From positions 1 through 64,000 of the forward strand of contig CDMY01000417.1 in the NCBI GenBank assembly GCA_001179505.1: DNA of 64,000 nucleotides, in the 5' to 3' direction. Source of the DNA: Vitrella brassicaformis CCMP3155 (taxonomy: Eukaryota; Protista; Chromerida). The notes under the pieces are model-generated. The model did no database searches and was not told the origin of the DNA. It saw nothing but the letters and a program-made list of their open reading frames with translations. A program made the translations under genes and the position numbers. This document shows, piece after piece, positions 24,002 to 37,801 of this stretch (position 1 is the first letter of the stretch; every line of letters starts with the position of its first letter).

Positions 24002-24644
24002 GGGGCCTTTGACCCTCGTCGATGCAGTTTACACAGTGAAGTGGGAACTCAAGCTAGTAGAGGCTGCCGACGATAGGTGCAGCACTGCTGAATGTCTCAG
24101 GCAAGAGAGAAAAGACGGAGGGAACCGAGTTGAGACGGCCTCAAGCTCGCGGTGGTGATGGTACCGAAGGGATGGCGGACAAGGCAGGATACGACACCTT
24201 GTGTGCTGTGGTCTGTAGCATTTGACTTGGCACCGTTGTGAGTGTCTATCGTGCAGCCCTACTAGCGGTGAAGCAACGCAGGCAGACACTCTTCATGCAC
24301 TGGGCAGACTCTGTCCCCATTCACCGAGAGAGCAGCTACACGGCCTCCTCCATCCAGTCCAAACCAGTAGCTGAGGCGCCCGGCTGTCTGTGCCGTCCGT
24401 CATGTCATCTATGTATCTACAAGCTGTCTACCTACCTCCTGTACGTACATACATGTGAGATCTCTATCTATCCGCTGCCCTGCCTGTGTATGGTGGCAAG
24501 TGTGACGGCCAGTATAAGAACCGGCAGCACGCATGCTACTATGAATAACGCACACATCAGACTCTCCTGCAGTGCACACACGCACATCACATGCGAATGA
24601 ACACACGATGACTAACCGCCCCTCAAGAGTGTTCGTGTGCCTAT

Positions 24645-26064
24645 CTATTGCCCTCGTCTCACCTTGATTTTCAGCTCTGGCAGCTGCATCCCGACCCTTT
24701 CCGCATTGCCCTTGTCATCGCACAACGGCCCATTCTCTCGCCTGTCGCTATCTCCCCCGCCGCCACACTTGGGACTCAATGAAGGCGTCATGGCCCCGCC
24801 CCCACCTTTGTCGGCATGGGGGTGCCTGGCGCGAAGGTGGGGGAAGGGCATGGGCGATCTTGCGGACGGTGACGGGGCGGCGGCACTATCCATGGCTGAC
24901 TCGGGGCTGGCTGGGCCCGCTGGGCCGCCCCTGGTGTCACGCATCATGTGGTATTGCTCGATCTCTGCCCAATACTCTCGGTAGTCGGTGTACTTCTTGT
25001 TGGAACCTGCAGGCACAGATGCACATGGACACACACTGGGGCGTCAGATCCACGGGCGCGGGGTGAAGTGGTGTCCCGGCAGTGTAGTGGGTGCGATGCG
25101 ATGTCACCTTTGACGCGTGCTGCTGGGTATTTCTTTTCATTCTTGGCGATTTTCTCGAAGAGCGCCTCTCCCAGATCGATGCCGCACCTGCATGACACAC
25201 GCATACAGGCTTCCACGCAAGGCTTCCTCGCGTCTTTGCGTGAATGAGTTACCTACCTGTCGGCCAGCCTGATGAGGTAGGCAGCCACGTCGGCGAGCTC
25301 TTCCCGCACCATCTGCCGCTTGTCAGCCGCAAAACCAGGCAAACCTGCTCCACACAAACACGCCACGCCACGTGCGGGGGCTCATATCACATTGATCAGA
25401 TGGTGTGTGCAGTGTATGTGTGTGTGCCTGTAAGTACCTGGGGCGGCTTCGCCTTCGGTGCGCCACTGAAAGAGCTCTGAAAGCAGACAGACAGAAGAGT
25501 GTGCATGGCCATCCATGTATGGCCATGTGTGTTCACCCATCCCATCCACCAACACACGTACTGTACCTGCCAGCTCGCCTACTTCGCCGACTAAGGCAAG
25601 CACCAAATTGCGGGGGGAATGATACCTGCACGCACAGAAAGGACACAGACAAAGAGGGGGAAACACAGCAGGGAAACCATTCACACTGACTGCCTGCCCT
25701 TCTCAGCTGAGGTGTTCCATCCATACTGGTTCCAGTCCCTCTCATGTGCAAAGGAACTCAGCCTCTCCCTGGCCTCCTCAAAGGTCACACCAGACCACTC
25801 GCGGCCCACATGACGCGTCAGCCGCTGCTCGAGCTTCAGCGAAGGGCTCTCGCTCTCAGCCGCCCCCTTGCCGTGGGTGTCCTCGCCCGTGACGTGTGTG
25901 GCTGTGGCGTGGCTGGAGAAGACGCGTGACGTGGCTCTGGATGAGAGGTCTGCGTCCTGGAGGTCTCTGAGACTGTGGGAGGCTGCTGTCGTGTTGGTGT
26001 CGATGTGATGGGTGGTATCGGTGCTTGGCGGGTCTATACATAGGCCGTCGTCGTCAGAATCCAT
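24645..26064 (-). CDS. DCTPP1: dCTP pyrophosphatase 1 (MazG-like all-alpha NTP pyrophosphatase)
   Basis: FAHERDWNQY-HSPRNLVLALVGEVGELA-ELFQW...VREELADVAAYLIRLADRCGIDLGEALFEKIAKNEKKYPAARVKG-SNKKYTDY. Confidence 0.92.
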
Positions 26065-26247
26065 TGTTTCTCTTTCTCCTGAGAAGGGTCGAGTGCGAGC
26101 TCACATTTGTGCGCCTCCTGAGCCCCCGCCTGCATAGATCCGAGAGAGATCTGATCAGCAGATCCATTCATATATCTGCCGCTGCCGCACCAGTCAGCAA
26201 CTCTCCCTCCCGCACCAGTCAGTGCCAGCCAGGTCGGTCCTACCGCG
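26065..26247. promoter_or_regulatory. Putative bidirectional promoter (DCTPP1 / CCT5)
   Basis: 183 bp between divergent start codons; three AGATC motifs within 30 bp (26136, 26147, 26160). Confidence 0.55.
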
Positions 26248-28100
26248 ATGAACGTGGCTGTGGACGAGTTCGGCAACCCCTTCATCATACTCAAGGAGCA
26301 GGAACAAAAGAAGAGACTTAAAGGTAGGTGACATCGCACACTCACAGACGCTCACATGCACTTGCAGACACATGTGCGCATCTATCTGCCTTCATAAGAG
26401 CATCCATCTGTCTGCAGGTCTCGAGGCGCACAAGGCCAACATCTTGGCAGCCAGGACGGTGGCCGACACGCTGCGGACGTCGCTGGGTCCCAAGGGGATG
26501 GACAAGATCATCGTCAGCCCTGACGGAGATGTCGTCATCACCAACGACGGCGCAACCATACTCGAACGCATGCAGGTCAGTCAGTCACCTGAGCGGCCGG
26601 CCGGCTACATCACATCCATCTGTGCGTGCGTGCGTGTCAAGGGCACACACAGGCGTGTGTGCGTGTGTATGTGTGTGTGGGCATGTGTTGTTTGTGTAGG
26701 TTGAGCACCAGACGGCCAAGCTGTTGGTTGAGTTGTCCAAGAGTCAGGATGCGGAGGTGGGCGACGGCACCACGGGAGTGGTCATACTCGCCGGAGCCAT
26801 GCTCGACCAGGCCAGCAGGCTGCTCGACAAGGTAGGTACTTGACAGACAGACACCATCACGCCACACGGAGAGAATACACTCACTCACACATGAACGAAC
26901 GAATGTGTGTTTATGTCTGTCTGTGGGATGTGGTGTGTGGCTGACCTGACAGGGTTTGCACCCTCTCCGTGTGGCGGACGGCTTCGAGCATGCCTGTCAG
27001 GTGGCGACGCAGCGGCTGGAGGACATCGCCATCAAACGCGACATACACGCCAACGACAACGAGGCACTGTAAGCCACACACAACACACTCACCTCACCCA
27101 CCCCACCCACACAGCACATACAGACGCACGGCTGGCTATGTGCTGTCTGGATCGGATGGATCCATGTAATGTGTGCCATCAGTGTGCGGGCGGCCGTGAC
27201 GGCGTTGGGCAGCAAGGTGGTCAGCAGCAGACAGAAACAGCTCGCCGGTACGGACAATCGGCAATCGAACAGACAAGCCGGGAGGGGATGATGCCACGCA
27301 TGGGATGAGTGTGGTGGTCTTCTGGTGTGTGTCTACGGGTCAGAGGTTGCTGTGAAGGCCGTCTTGTCGGTTGCCGATCTGGAGAGGCGAGACGTCAACT
27401 TCGACCTCATCAAGGTATCTCACTCACACGTGGAAGTGTCCGTGTGTCATTCGTGTGTGTGTGTGTGCACACGCGTGTGTGTGCTATCCTATCGGATAGG
27501 TGGAGGGCAAAGCCGGCGGCAAGCTCGAAGACACGTGCCTCATCAACGGTGGCGCACACACACGACGCATCTTAGATAGACACTCATGGATGTGTGTGGT
27601 GTGTGCAGGTATAGTAGTGGACAAGGACATCAGCCACTCCCAGATGCCCAAGGTGACCAGGGACGCCAAGCTCTGCATACTCACCTGCCCCTTCGAGCCG
27701 CCCAAACCCAAAACCAAACACAAACTAGACATCAAGACTGCAGAGGACTACAAGAAACTGCAAGTGAGCAGAACAAATAGTGTCGCAACGCAATCCTCAC
27801 TCTCACACCCACATTGTGTTCCTGTGCCTGTGTTGGGTGTGTCTTGTGTGTAGGCGGCCGAGCAGCAGTACTTCGTCGATATGGTCGATTCCGTGCAGAA
27901 GTGCGGGGCCAACTTCGTAAGCTGCCGCATACAGACGACAGACAGGCGGGGCGAGAGGCATAGACGATCTGGACGATCTCCCTCCCCCTTGTGTGCAGGT
28001 GATCTGCCAGTGGGGTTTCGATGACGAGGCCAACCACCTGCTCATGCAGCGAGGTGAGCAAGGGAAAGTGGAGTGGACAGACAGGTGGGCTCGGGATCGC

Positions 28101-28131
<31 letters not shown>

Positions 28132-29532
28132 GTGTGTGCAGGTTTGCCTGCCGTGCGTTGGGTAGGAGGTGTGGAGCTGGAACTCATCGCCATCGCTACT
28201 GGTACACACACACACACATATACATAAGATATCACGTGTGTGGATCTATCTATCCCGTGTATGTCGGTTTGTCTGTCTGCGTTTCTTGAGCAGGTGGCCG
28301 CATCGTGCCGCGTTTCTCCGAGTTGTCGCCCGACAAGCTGGGCCGCGCTGGGTGCATCCGGGAGGTCTCCTTCGGCACTGAGAAGGACGTCATGCTCGTC
28401 ATCGAAGGTAGGTATGATGCGAATCAAGTGTATGTCGATCCGCATTTCTCTGTCTCTGTGTTGTGTTGTGTAGATTGCGCCAATTCCAAGGCCGTGACGA
28501 TCCTCGTGCGTGGCGGAAACGTCATGGTGGTCAAGGAGGCCGAGCGATGCATCCACGATGCCCTCTGCTGTGTCAGGTGAGATGAATCAAGGACACGCAC
28601 ACACACACAGACAGACAAGGTCCATCCATCCATCCATCCATGTGTGTGTGCTGTGTATGTGAAGGAATCTGATTCGCGACGACCGCATCGTCGCTGGCGG
28701 TGGTGCCGCTGAGGTCGCTGGCGCTGCTGCCGTAGAAGAGGCCGCTGACCAAGTGAGTGTCGCACTCACTAAGAGCACACCCTGTGCTGAGACGCGTACC
28801 CCGCCTCTCCTCTCCCTCTGTGCGTGTCAGGTTCGTTCGGTGGAGCACTATGCTGTGCGTGCATTTGCGGATGCGCTGCTGGCACTGCCCGAAGCACTGG
28901 CCGAGAACTCGGGACTCAGGTATGTGCACTGCACTGCACGCCGCACAGCACCCCAAACGCAGTCAGTCTACGGCAGTCTGTCTTGTCTCTCTCTCATCTG
29001 CGTGTGTGTGTGTGTGTGTGTATGTGTGATGATGTGCCCATCCAATTGTCATTCATGTCAGCCCGATATCGACTGTTGCTGCGGTGAAGGCGCGTCAGCT
29101 CAAGAGCAACAACCCAAACCTGGGAATCAACTGCATGGTGTGTGTGTGGGCGGGTGCGGTGTGCATGGCCGTCCGTCCATAACACCGCACACAGACACAC
29201 ACCCAGATGAACGGAATGATGTGGTGGATGATGATCTGTGTCTGTGTGGGACGTGCCGTGCGGTGCAGGGTGTGGTCAAGTGTGAGGACGACTTGGCTGT
29301 GGACATGGTGGATGAGAGCATCTACGAGGCACTCGTGTCCAAGAAACACCAGCTGCAGCTCGCCACTCAGGTAAGTAAGGTGCCCCCACACACACATGAT
29401 CAATCAACGGATGGATGGATGGATGGGTATCATTCTGTCCGCCTGTGTGTGTTATGTTGGTACTCACAGGTTGTCAAGATGATTTTAAAGATTGACGACG
29501 TGATTGCGCCCAGCGAGCTGCACCAGCAGTGA
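26248..29532 (+). CDS. CCT5: T-complex protein 1 subunit epsilon (group II chaperonin)
   Basis: [96 protein letters not shown], ends [13 protein letters not shown]; epsilon-specific N-terminus. Confidence 0.96.
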
Positions 29533-30214
29533 GTGAGTGTCATCCTAGCCCTGACTGAATCGCACCGCGCCGCACCCAACCAGCCTTTAGCTACCTTACC
29601 TGCATGGCCCATGATTGAATAAATGGATGGTTCGCACCGTACCCAGAGAAGAGCTTTTTCCGTTGTGCTTAGTTGAATCGACGACCAGACACTAGAGAGA
29701 ATAGATAGGCATCATGTGTGTGATCAATCGCATCCATTTCCGGACGGACTCTTGAGACCGATCGCACTCACAACAGTGCTGTGAAATGAATTCCCGGGTC
29801 ACTCATTGTCCGTCCGTCCATCCACGCAGGCACCTTAAAGCTTGCATTCGCAAGACTGACGGGCACCCACAGCTGAGAGACCGATGATCGGCAGGGCAGG
29901 GCAGGAAGGCACGCACTTACGGAGGACACACGACACGTCACCTTCAAGCAGGTGCGATGGCGCGAAAAATCCTCCCTCCCTCCCTCCCTCTCTGGCTAAG
30001 TCATGCGCACATACACGCACGTATCGGGATCTGCCACCGTTCTCCCCCCCTCCGTCTTGTCGACCGTTGGTTGCGCAAAAGACAAATAGTGCAATCACAC
30101 CAATGAAGGAGAGAGACAACTGCGTTGTCTTGTCCGGGCGGAGCGGCTCTCTCGCGTCGTCAGTGAGTGAGTAACCCCAGCCCGCCCTCCCTCCCTCTCT
30201 CTCTCTCCTCTCCA

Positions 30215-31921
30215 TCACGCCTTGATGTTCCTGCCTGTGTACCGCAGCAGCACGCCGTCCGAGCCGAGCACAAAGCCCTGTTTGTTGTCGAAAAACTGAA
30301 CAATCGCAGACAGAGAGAGAGAGAGAGAGATTTGAGAAAAGAATGAAGGAATGCCATTGTGTGGAGTGTGTGAGTGCAGGGTGGGCTGGCTTAGCTTAGC
30401 TTAGCTTACTTTGACTCTGTAGAGGTTGCCGGGAATGCCGTCTGCGGCGTTGTTGAACTTGAAGCTCTTGCCGCCATCCGTCGACACGTACATGGTGCCA
30501 CTCCCACCAACCGCCCACACCTACAACACACACACACACACACACAAAGAGATCCCTCCACTCGTGCCTGTCTGCCTCCCCTCCCTGCCAGCCTCCCTCC
30601 CCACAGGCACCCACCTCATCGTTGCCCTTCCAGGATACGTCGATGATGCCATAGCCGCCCGTCTTGATGTTGACCCTCTCAAAGGTGGGCACATCCACCT
30701 CGAAGTTGGCGTCCCTGGCCACCTGCAGGCCGCCCCCGTTGAGCGACATCCACACCCCCTTGTTCAGGTCGCCGTCGATGAAGCCCATGTTCTGTATCCG
30801 CCGGTTGCTGCCGCGGTTGTGGGGCGTCCAGTAGGGCTGGCCCGGCTTGTAGGACAGCCAGAAGTTGCCACGCGATCCCACGGCGAGGTAGGTGCCGGAT
30901 GCGTCTCGCTGCTGGTTAATGATGGAGCCCGTGTAGTAGGAGGCGCCGCTGACGCCCGAGGAGCTGATGCGGTTGAGGGTGGCGTCGATGGTCTCCTTGA
31001 CCTGGGCCTTCCAGTTGAGTCCGCCATTGTTGGTCGTGTAGATGGCGCCGCTCGACGTCGTCATCTCGGCGCTGTTCGGACCTAGAGTGTAGATCCCATA
31101 GGGCGCACCTGACAGACACACACACACACAGGAGTCTCCCAATGCATGGACTGCAGGGACGTTCCTTTCCCTCCCTCCCGTCCCTCACCGGGCAGCTTGG
31201 GCGAGAGTCTAATTCTCTGCCAGGTTTTGGCGCCGTCCGTGGTGTGCAGGAGAATGGGCGGCTGTCCGATGATCCACGCCTCCCCGTCCTTGAAAGACAC
31301 CTGCTGGAACCGATAAGATACCTCTTCCTCCGGGTCCAGCACCGCCAGCGACTTGGGGTTCCACGTCTGGCCGCCATCCAGCGTCTCGAAAATCGTCCCC
31401 TTGGCGCCCACCAGCAGCCCGTGGCGCGGGTTGGACGCGTCAAAGTCAATGTCAAAGAGCGTCTCGCGAGAGTCGATCTTGATCTGCAGCCACGGCTTGT
31501 CCGTGCCCTTGGGCACTTCGAAGCCCATGCCGCCCACGCCGTTGCCCGCTGTCGGCTCTTCATCTGCAGACGCGCGCAGAGGTGAGCCGAGCACTGCAGC
31601 TGCAGCTGGCAGGACGGCAGATGCCCCGAGCTGCAGCTGCAGAGCATCTCTCCGTGATGCTGATGTTGACAGATCATCCACAGAGGCGTCGAGCTCCGGT
31701 GGTTCTTGCGGCATTTCTGCATCTTGCCGCCATGCGTGTGCGTGTGTATGCCGCCTCCGAAAGGGGTGCCTCTGCTGCTGCTGCTGGTGCTGGCGGCCTC
31801 GGGAGAGACTCAGTAGTGGGGAGGGGGATGAGAGGCCATGGGCGGGGGAGGCGGGGTGGAATGCCGGTGTGGGGACGATGTAGGGCAGAATACCCAACCA
31901 GCACGAGTACAGAAGCTTCAT
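30215..31921 (-). CDS. HCF136: Photosystem II stability/assembly factor HCF136/Ycf48, thylakoid-lumen targeted
   Basis: Presequence with signal peptide (..TPA-FHP), RRDAL twin-arginine and ASA cleavage; LFDIDF, GLLVGAKGTIFETLDGGQTW, ILLHTTDGAKTW, YTTNNGGLNW, YLAVGSRGNF, RRIQNMGF, ends GFVLGSDGVLLRY...KA*. Confidence 0.95.
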
Positions 31922-32221
31922 TTGCAGACCGCACTGTTCCTCCGAGAAACAAAAGACATGGTTGCGCGCTTGGCTGAAAATGAGTTGGGAGGAGTACCCT
32001 CCAACTGTCTACACGCCTGTCTCTCACACGAGGACGACGGCCGCATAGCCGCGCCATTGCTTCACTTGGGCCGCTGGTGGGCATTGCTGATGGTGGGTGG
32101 CTCGTCTGATTCCCTCGCTGTCGCATTGACTGACACTGATGGATCATGTGTACAGCGGCCGTACTGCTGTGTGGGTGCCTGCAGAGTCAATCATCGCGCA
32201 TCCGTCACATATGGTGTTGGG

Positions 32222-32269
32222 CTGCTTGTGTGTCCGGCTCTTGATGCAAAGTCCATCCGGACACCCATC
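32222..32269 (+). repeat. Direct repeat copy 1 (48 bp) containing an internal hairpin GTGTCCGG...CCGGACAC
   Basis: ctgcttgtgtgtccggctcttgatgcaaagtccatccggacacccatc; the second copy at 33858-33909 differs by one substitution and a 4 bp insertion. Confidence 0.9.
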
Positions 32270-32368
32270 TGTGTTTGAACACCGTAGTGTTTGAAGGTAA
32301 GCACACAGACCCACACTCATCTCGGAAGCACTGTCACTTGTGTGCCCTTGATTCAGATCAGTTGCCTG

Positions 32369-33453
32369 ATGGCGTCCGCTGCCCAGCCTCCCCCTCCCAA
32401 TCGCCCCACCGCCCCTTCGACAGTCCCGCCCCTGCGCAGCATCGCCATCAGCAAGATGGCCGCCATGGCCATGTCCGCTGACCCCAACAGACGGGCCGCT
32501 CTTCGCTCACAGATCAGCAACAGCCATCCCGATGATGCGGACACGATGCTCTATGAGGTGAGGCGCCGCGTGGATGAGCACATCAGTCGTCTCGGGCTGG
32601 CGGACGTGTTGGACTTCGACATTGGCGATGAGCTGGAGGCCGGCTTGAAGGTGGTCTATCTGCTGGAGCGGGGCAGTGGCGGGCGATGGGGCGGTTCCTT
32701 CGGCTGGCCTTTATGAAACGGCTCACCCCTGCTGATGCGGCGCGGCCCCTCCGTCTGCCGGCCGAGTCGCTGCCCACAGCAACGGCCTTCCACCAGCTGC
32801 CACTTGCCTTGGCCATCTACAAAATTATCAGCCGTCAGCTCACTTACAGAGGGACCAGCCTGGAGCTGTCGCAAGCCGATGACCGCGGACACTATAAGAT
32901 CGGCAATGGTTGGGCGTTTCGTGTGGTGGGATTGGGTGAGCTGCCGGGCGGCCATCGCTATGCTGACAGCTACAAGCGGAGCGATCCCGTCGTCCGCGGG
33001 AGCAGCCATCTCTACCCTTCATTCTCGGAATTCCTGCTGGACAGGCTGCTCCTCTGCGAGTGGCCGGATGAAGAGGGAGTGAGCCACAGGGTGCTGATCG
33101 ATGCACACATCGGCCGTGGTGACCATCGCTATGGCCATCTGCTGACCGACAAGATCACAGAGGATCAGCGCATCACTGTCGACGGGCGCCGCAACTGGGG
33201 CGATCTGAATGATGCGGATGCGGAAGACCGTCGTTATGTGATTGTGAGCGGCCACAGACCGGGAGAGACCATCGCTGCCCACCTGAAGGTGTGGTACGGC
33301 TACATCGAGCTGCGGACGACCGAGGCACCTGCTGCCGATCGGCCTCATCCGCTCGCCGACCGCTTCCCCGGGTCGGCGCCCCTATGGTGTGCTGTGCTGC
33401 GGCGATTCGATCTCGAAAGTGCCGTCATCGAGGGGGGGAGGGTGGTGGGGTGA
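32369..33453 (+). pseudogene. Intronless-CDS orphan-family gene split by one frameshift (LLERGSG / MGRFLRLAF junction)
   Basis: ORFs 32369-32716 and 32686-33453 overlap in different frames, both coding-like, with no GT-AG intron able to join them. From memory the sequence resembles an expanded chromerid-specific family (unverified). A 5'UTR intron is likely (gaag|gtaagc...ttcag). Confidence 0.6.
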
Positions 33454-33857
33454 GGGGTAGGGGCTGGCGGTTGGGTGTTGGTGGTACATTTGATGGCGAC
33501 TGACGAGCAGTGCGGCTGAGTGTTTTGAATTGGGTGGTGGCTTGACTGATTGCATTGTGTGCCGTCAAAGGATGGGCGGATGGATGTCCTACTGGTTGGT
33601 GTCAGACTCACTCAAATGACTGAAGGGCTGAAAGAACCACACAGTTATAGCTGTGCACTATCTGCTGGATGGAGAGGCACCGAGGCCTCATGCATCGTTT
33701 CAGGGCGGCTCTGATGGGATGGAGTGACCCATGAGTGACTGGCACACGATCTTTAAATGGTGCGCATTCAATCGACGGCCAGCTGCAGCCGGCTGGCTGC
33801 ATGCACCCTCCCACACACGCATGGCATGGCATGCACACGGACGGAGGCAGCACAGCA

Positions 33858-33909
33858 CTGCTTGTGTGTCCGGGTCTTGATGCAAAGTCCATCCGGACAG
33901 ACACCCATC
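33858..33909 (+). repeat. Direct repeat copy 2 (52 bp)
   Basis: ctgcttgtgtgtccgggtcttgatgcaaagtccatccggacagacacccatc, matching 32222-32269. Confidence 0.9.
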
Positions 33910-36900
33910 CAGATCTCGCTAGCTGTCGTCACACCAGATCGATCACGTCACCCACACCCACCAACAAAAAGCATAGAGCACATGAAGCACAGCAGCGCTC
34001 TCCACCGCACCGCCCGCAAAGTGAGTGAAGGGCACACCCCCATCTCATCTATATCATACACACTCAGGGCACTCGTCAATAGAAAAAACTCTCTCGTACG
34101 CAATGAGTTGGTGGCTTGCTCAAACACCGGGCAGGGCAGGCATGCCAGCCAGTAGGACACACAACACAAAGAAAAGAGGGAGGAGATCACTGACTCACTC
34201 AGTCACTCACTAGGGTCTGTCGGTTATGTGTGTGTGTGTGTGTGTGTAAGGGGTAGGCCCGTGTGTCGATCGTTCGCCTTCCTGCGTGCCAGCGGTGTGC
34301 GATGCGTGCATCAACGAGAGATGGCAACACCCTCGTGTGCAAGCATCACACCCCTCATAGAAACAGACGGCGAACGAAACGATACGGCCACACACGACAA
34401 AAATACCACCTTCCGTCCATCCATCCATCCATCCACCATCCATCCATCCATCCGTTCGAGCAGCACAGCACAGCACGGCACGACACGGCTCAGCGGCATC
34501 CATCACAATGTGCTGTGCTGTGCTGTGCGTTGGCGCGTATGAACTTGGTTGCTTCATCCATCCCATCCCATCCCATCGAACAACCAAACCAACGAGCAAA
34601 GGGAGGGAGAAGACAAAGTACAAGTGACTGAGTAAGCGGCTCGTGGGTGAGTGGAGTGAGTGGGTGAGAGGATGCACTTCAAAGCACAGTCAATAAATCA
34701 ATCAGTCAGTCACTAGCGGCAAGAGAAAGAGAAGGAGAGGAAATGCAAGGCAGGCAAGGCAGGAAAAATCACGGACTGCATTCGTTCGTTCGTTCGTTTG
34801 GCGAGAAAAATGCCCCAGACACTCCCTTCCTCCCTCCCTCCCTCCTTTGGCCCAGACCCCAGAGAGACAAAGAGAGAGACCACTGCGCCGTTTCATGTGT
34901 GAATGCCATCATTGCCATGCCATCAGTGTGAGAGAGACGGGGGAGAACAGACAGACGTCGCGACATGGATAATGTAATGGTATGAGTGAGTGGGTGGCGA
35001 CAACACGACAGCCAGGCAGGCAGGAGGAGACAAATAGACACGAATGAGTGAGTCGGTAGGCATACATGTCCGGAAGCTGAGATGGCAATGGAAGAGAGGG
35101 AAACAGACATACAAAAGGGCTGGCTGGCTGCACACGCACACGGACACACTCATCGTTAGCTCATTCCCGCGTCCACCGATTTGCTCTCACCAATCAATCC
35201 GCCCCGCCCGTCCGTCGCCTCGGCAAAACTCCTCAGTCCATCCATCCATCCATCGGAGCCGCTCTCACATGTCATGTCGACAGGCAGGCCACGATCCGCT
35301 CGCGTCGCATCGACCACAGAATGGTGACAGAGGCCAGAGTGTTGGCGTCTATCACCTTTGCCGAGGGCCATGCCACGCAAACGGCACGCAGCACACGTCC
35401 GTCGACACACCAGAACCATCCTTTTCTCTCTCTCTGCGTGCGGGTAAGTGGGCTTTCCTTTCGGAACTCTCTCTCCCCTCTCCCCCTGCGCAGTCGGCCG
35501 ACGCCATCCTGTGGGCCTCACATGTCTCCTTGTGAGGCCACCGGGATGTCGTGGACATGCTCCACAGGGTGAAGAGAGGGTGAAAGGCTGGCTGGCTGGC
35601 TGGCAGAGGGTCTAAAACTTGAGGAGTGAGCGGCATGGCTGGGCACTCATTCATTCATTCATGTCAGCAAGTGCATGGATGGACGTTGCTGTGCCGTGTG
35701 CAGTGCTGTGCTGCGCGTGCTGTCTCCCTCTCTCGTGTGTGACAGACAGGTCAGCCCGGGTAGGTTTCCCCCTCTCTCACTCACTCGCAGATATCATCTC
35801 ATCAGTGGTGTGTGGTCTCTCTGAGACACCAGCCAGTCGAAAAATGGTGCAGTGAAAGACGGGAGGGAGGGAGGGAGGGAGGGAAGTAAGGAATGCAGAG
35901 CGTCGTCAAGTCAACACAACATGGATGGCATGAGCATGTAGGGAGGGAGGTTCGTCTCACGCATGGCATGGATGTCCCAAGAGGAAGTAAGTGCACTCGC
36001 TGATCTCTCTCTAGTAGCGCTATGTCATGATCATTGGCATCATCTCATCTCACCCCCTCTCGTACTCACCAATCAAGACACCAAGGCTGGCACACAGCAC
36101 AGACAGACAGACAGACAGGCAGACAGACAGGCCGAGAGGCATCCTCTCCAAGACTGCACGGACGAATGAGGGACAACAGATCAGATCGTCACACATAGAC
36201 CACACCACACCCACCCAAACATACACGCATAGCGTAACACACACACGGACAGAGAGAGGGGGGAAAATAGACAGACAGACAGCACATACACACACATACT
36301 CGAGAGAGACATATACATCCATTCATTCTTACCCACTCCTCCACCCCACGCTCGCTTCCACGCCGTCCGTGTGCTGTGTTGTGTTCCCGACCCACCCATA
36401 CCACACCATACCCCACACCTGACCTGGCTGCTCCCTCCCCATCGGGCCGAAAATGGGAGGGATACTCAGGCGCACGATCAATGCCTTTTGATCCAACACA
36501 CGACGCACCGCACAGACGGGGCGCAAGGCAAGAAAGCCCTCGGCGAGCGTGTGCAGATCGTTTTCCAACATCAAGTATCACCAGTTGAAAGGCCTCGCTC
36601 TCGGTCTCTCTTTCACTGTCTGACTCACTGACACATGAATCACATGACATCACAGCATAGTACAAGGCGATGCAATCAATGCACCATTGCACACGATGGC
36701 TCGGTTTCCGAGATGCATTCACACACACAATCCATCCATCCATCGCCCACCTCTCTCGTCTCTCGGCTCATATGAGTCGTCAGTGCCCACGCTCTCACTC
36801 TCTAGGTCTGTATACCACCCACCCCACCAACCAACCAACCAACCGCCCGCCCGACTACAAATAAGCGTCCGTACTGAGCAGTGAGTGAGTCGGTATGTGT

Positions 36901-37801
36901 GTGTAATGGATTGCGCGTCTCTCTCTCTCTCTCTCTCTGTGTGCGTGTGTGTGTGTGTGTGTGCATCCTTGCCCCCTACCCCGCCCCGCCCGTCCAATGA
37001 ATGGGCGTCAGGAACGTCGGAAAAATCGGAAAGAGAAGAGAGCAGATGGAATTCAAGACAGACGATATGGTGTGACGTGACAGAGGGAGTGGTAGGGAGG
37101 AGAGTGAGATCAGGCAGGCACAGGCAGGCATGTTGTGTCGTTTGCGAACCTGTCGCACTTGATGAGAAGCAGGTACGCATCGCATCGCATCGCATCACCG
37201 AACAGCGATTGAGCGTTAGGTGGAGCGAGCCAAGCCAAGCCAAGCCACTACACATACATACATACATACATAACATAGACAGACAGACAAGTAACCAGAC
37301 CAACACCACCATAGTGAGAAAAATCGACCGACATACCATCCCATCTCACTCACCGCAGTGCATTGCACCCCTCCCTCCCTCCCCCCGCCCCCTTTCTCGA
37401 CACGATAGATCGATTTATTGACGTGAGCGCTATACCAGCAGACAGTCGTTGGTGCATGCCATGGAATGCCATGCAATGCAGGTGAGGTACAGGCAGGCGT
37501 CAAGGAGAGAGAGGCACGAATGCATACGCAGCCCAGCCTGCCAGCCCAGGGCGCCTACGCATCCGTCCGTCCACCCACCAGGTCTGGCCCGCGTGGCATA
37601 CCACACCACACCACACAGCATAGCATGGCATGCGTCGATCCAATCGACGAGAAAAATCGACAGACACGTCCAGTCCGATTAGGCAAAAGCAATAAAAGAA
37701 TAAGCCATACGACCCCGCCCCCATTTCAACAGATCGCCCTCCCCTCCCCTCTCTCCCCCCCTCTCTCTGTCTCTCTTACTCTGAGGCTGTCCATCCGTCA
37801 C

